Source of the DNA: a bacterium
GTDB taxonomy: Bacteria > Patescibacteriota > Minisyncoccia > Phycocordibacterales > UBA2100
DNA: 64,000 nucleotides
Assembly: GCA_030674455.1 (NCBI GenBank)
Contig: JAUSGQ010000015.1
Location: 5,574 to 69,573, forward strand
Direction of reading: 5' to 3'
The position numbers were made by a program, and so were the translations under genes. The notes under the pieces are model-generated. The model was not told the origin of the DNA. It did no database searches and was given only the letters and a program-made list of their open reading frames with translations. Position 1 is the first letter of the stretch. Every line of letters begins with the position of its first letter. Shown one piece after another: positions 63,099 through 64,000 of this stretch.

Positions 63099-63544
63099 AT
63101 GGTTATTGTTCCACCAGCTTTTTCAATTGCTGCGCGTGCTGTAGCGGAAACCGCGCATCCTTTGAAATTCAATTTCTTGCTTATCGAGCCGCCCATTATT
63201 TTGACCGGCGGAAAGAGCGGGCCGCGCGCGCGAATAATCCTCTTTTCATTCAAACCCTTCGGTGTAACTTCCGCTCCGTCTTCAAAATGCGACTGGAGAA
63301 CCGCGAGTGAAACCGGGATGGCGTCTTTGCGTGAGGGATTGACTGTGCGTCCGCGATTCTTGCCGTACCCGCGGCGTTTCGGAAGCTTTTTGATGATGTC
63401 GCGCATCTCGGGGCGCTTCTTTCGGCCCGCGCGCGCGTTCTGACCCTTTGTGCCGCGTCCGGCAGTTTTTCCGCGCTTTCCGCCGCGACCAACTCGCTTG
63501 CGCGAACGCGCCGCAATTCTTTTGAGCATGTGTAATCCGGACAT
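63095..63544 (-). CDS. rplO: 50S ribosomal protein L15
   Basis: RVGRGGKRGKTAGRGTKGQNARAG, IEKAGG. Confidence 0.95.
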   Translation of the reverse strand: MSGLHMLKRIAARSRKRVGRGGKRGKTAGRGTKGQNARAGRKKRPEMRDIIKKLPKRRGYGKNRGRTVNPSRKDAIPVSLAVLQSHFEDGAEVTPKGLNEKRIIRARGPLFPPVKIMGGSISKKLNFKGCAVSATARAAIEKAGGTITI

Positions 63545-63599
63545 AAAGTAGGTTATAGGTGTTAGGTTATAGGTTACAGTAAAAAATACAGATAAAAAA

Positions 63600-64000
63600 T
63601 CATTTCTTAGATACTGCTTTAAGCGCCTCCATCGCTGCGCGCGCATTGTTAAGCGGATTCTTGCTTCGCGAAAGAAGTTTCGCCGTAACGTCGGAAATTC
63701 CCGCCAACTCCAACACCGCACGCACCGATGAACCGGCGACAAGACCGCGGCCCGGGCTCGGCCTGATTTCAACGACTGAAGCGCAGTATTTTGCTTCAAT
63801 GTTGCGCGGAATGCTTCTCGTTTTTGTCAGATTTACCGTTAACATACCGCGTTTCGCCGCGCGCGTGGCCTTCTCGATGGCAAGCGCAGTGTCGGCGGCT
63901 TTACCCAAACCAACGCCGACTCGTCCCTTTTTGTCGCCCAACACGAGCGCCGCGCTGAAGTTAAATCGGCGTCCGCCTGCCATGACACGCGCAACGCGGC
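63600..64000 (-). CDS. rpsE: 30S ribosomal protein S5, 5'-truncated by the window
   Basis: GGRRFNFSA..GRVGVG.GKA, VLELAGI, SKNPLNNARA. Confidence 0.96.
   Translation of the reverse strand, partial: RVARVMAGGRRFNFSAALVLGDKKGRVGVGLGKAADTALAIEKATRAAKRGMLTVNLTKTRSIPRNIEAKYCASVVEIRPSPGRGLVAGSSVRAVLELAGISDVTAKLLSRSKNPLNNARAAMEALKAVSKK

Overview
Bacterial chromosomal window, very probably from a Patescibacteria/CPR (Parcubacteria-like) genome. Evidence: rpsE is followed directly by rplO with no rpmD (L30), there are stand-alone PaaX/Cas2-fold genes and a HerA/VirD4-like ATPase, and many genes look leaderless. In order it holds: a GT2; a ~13-gene CsoR/CopA metal operon; a large exported hydrolase-like protein and partner; tRNA-Thr; tsf-rpsB; two toxin-antitoxin pairs; ndk; an amino-acid biosynthesis region unexpected for this lineage (leuCD, leuAB-ilvE, sufCBDSU, ridA-ilvA, trpF/trpCBA, aroC, an aroA-aroK fusion, trpEGD); then purD, map, adk, gmk, secY, rplO and rpsE. 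Regulatory elements include a Trp T-box and an Ile-rich leader-peptide attenuator. The most unusual structure is a dense set of palindromic elements: (i) four small regulator-like genes each bracketed by its own palindrome pair, with orphan palindromes elsewhere; (ii) two families of oriented intergenic elements that end at or just before start codons, one copy with an inverted interior; (iii) mostly 27-33 nt palindromes inserted in frame in many enzymes. All calls come from reading sequence and motifs by eye; no database searches were run.
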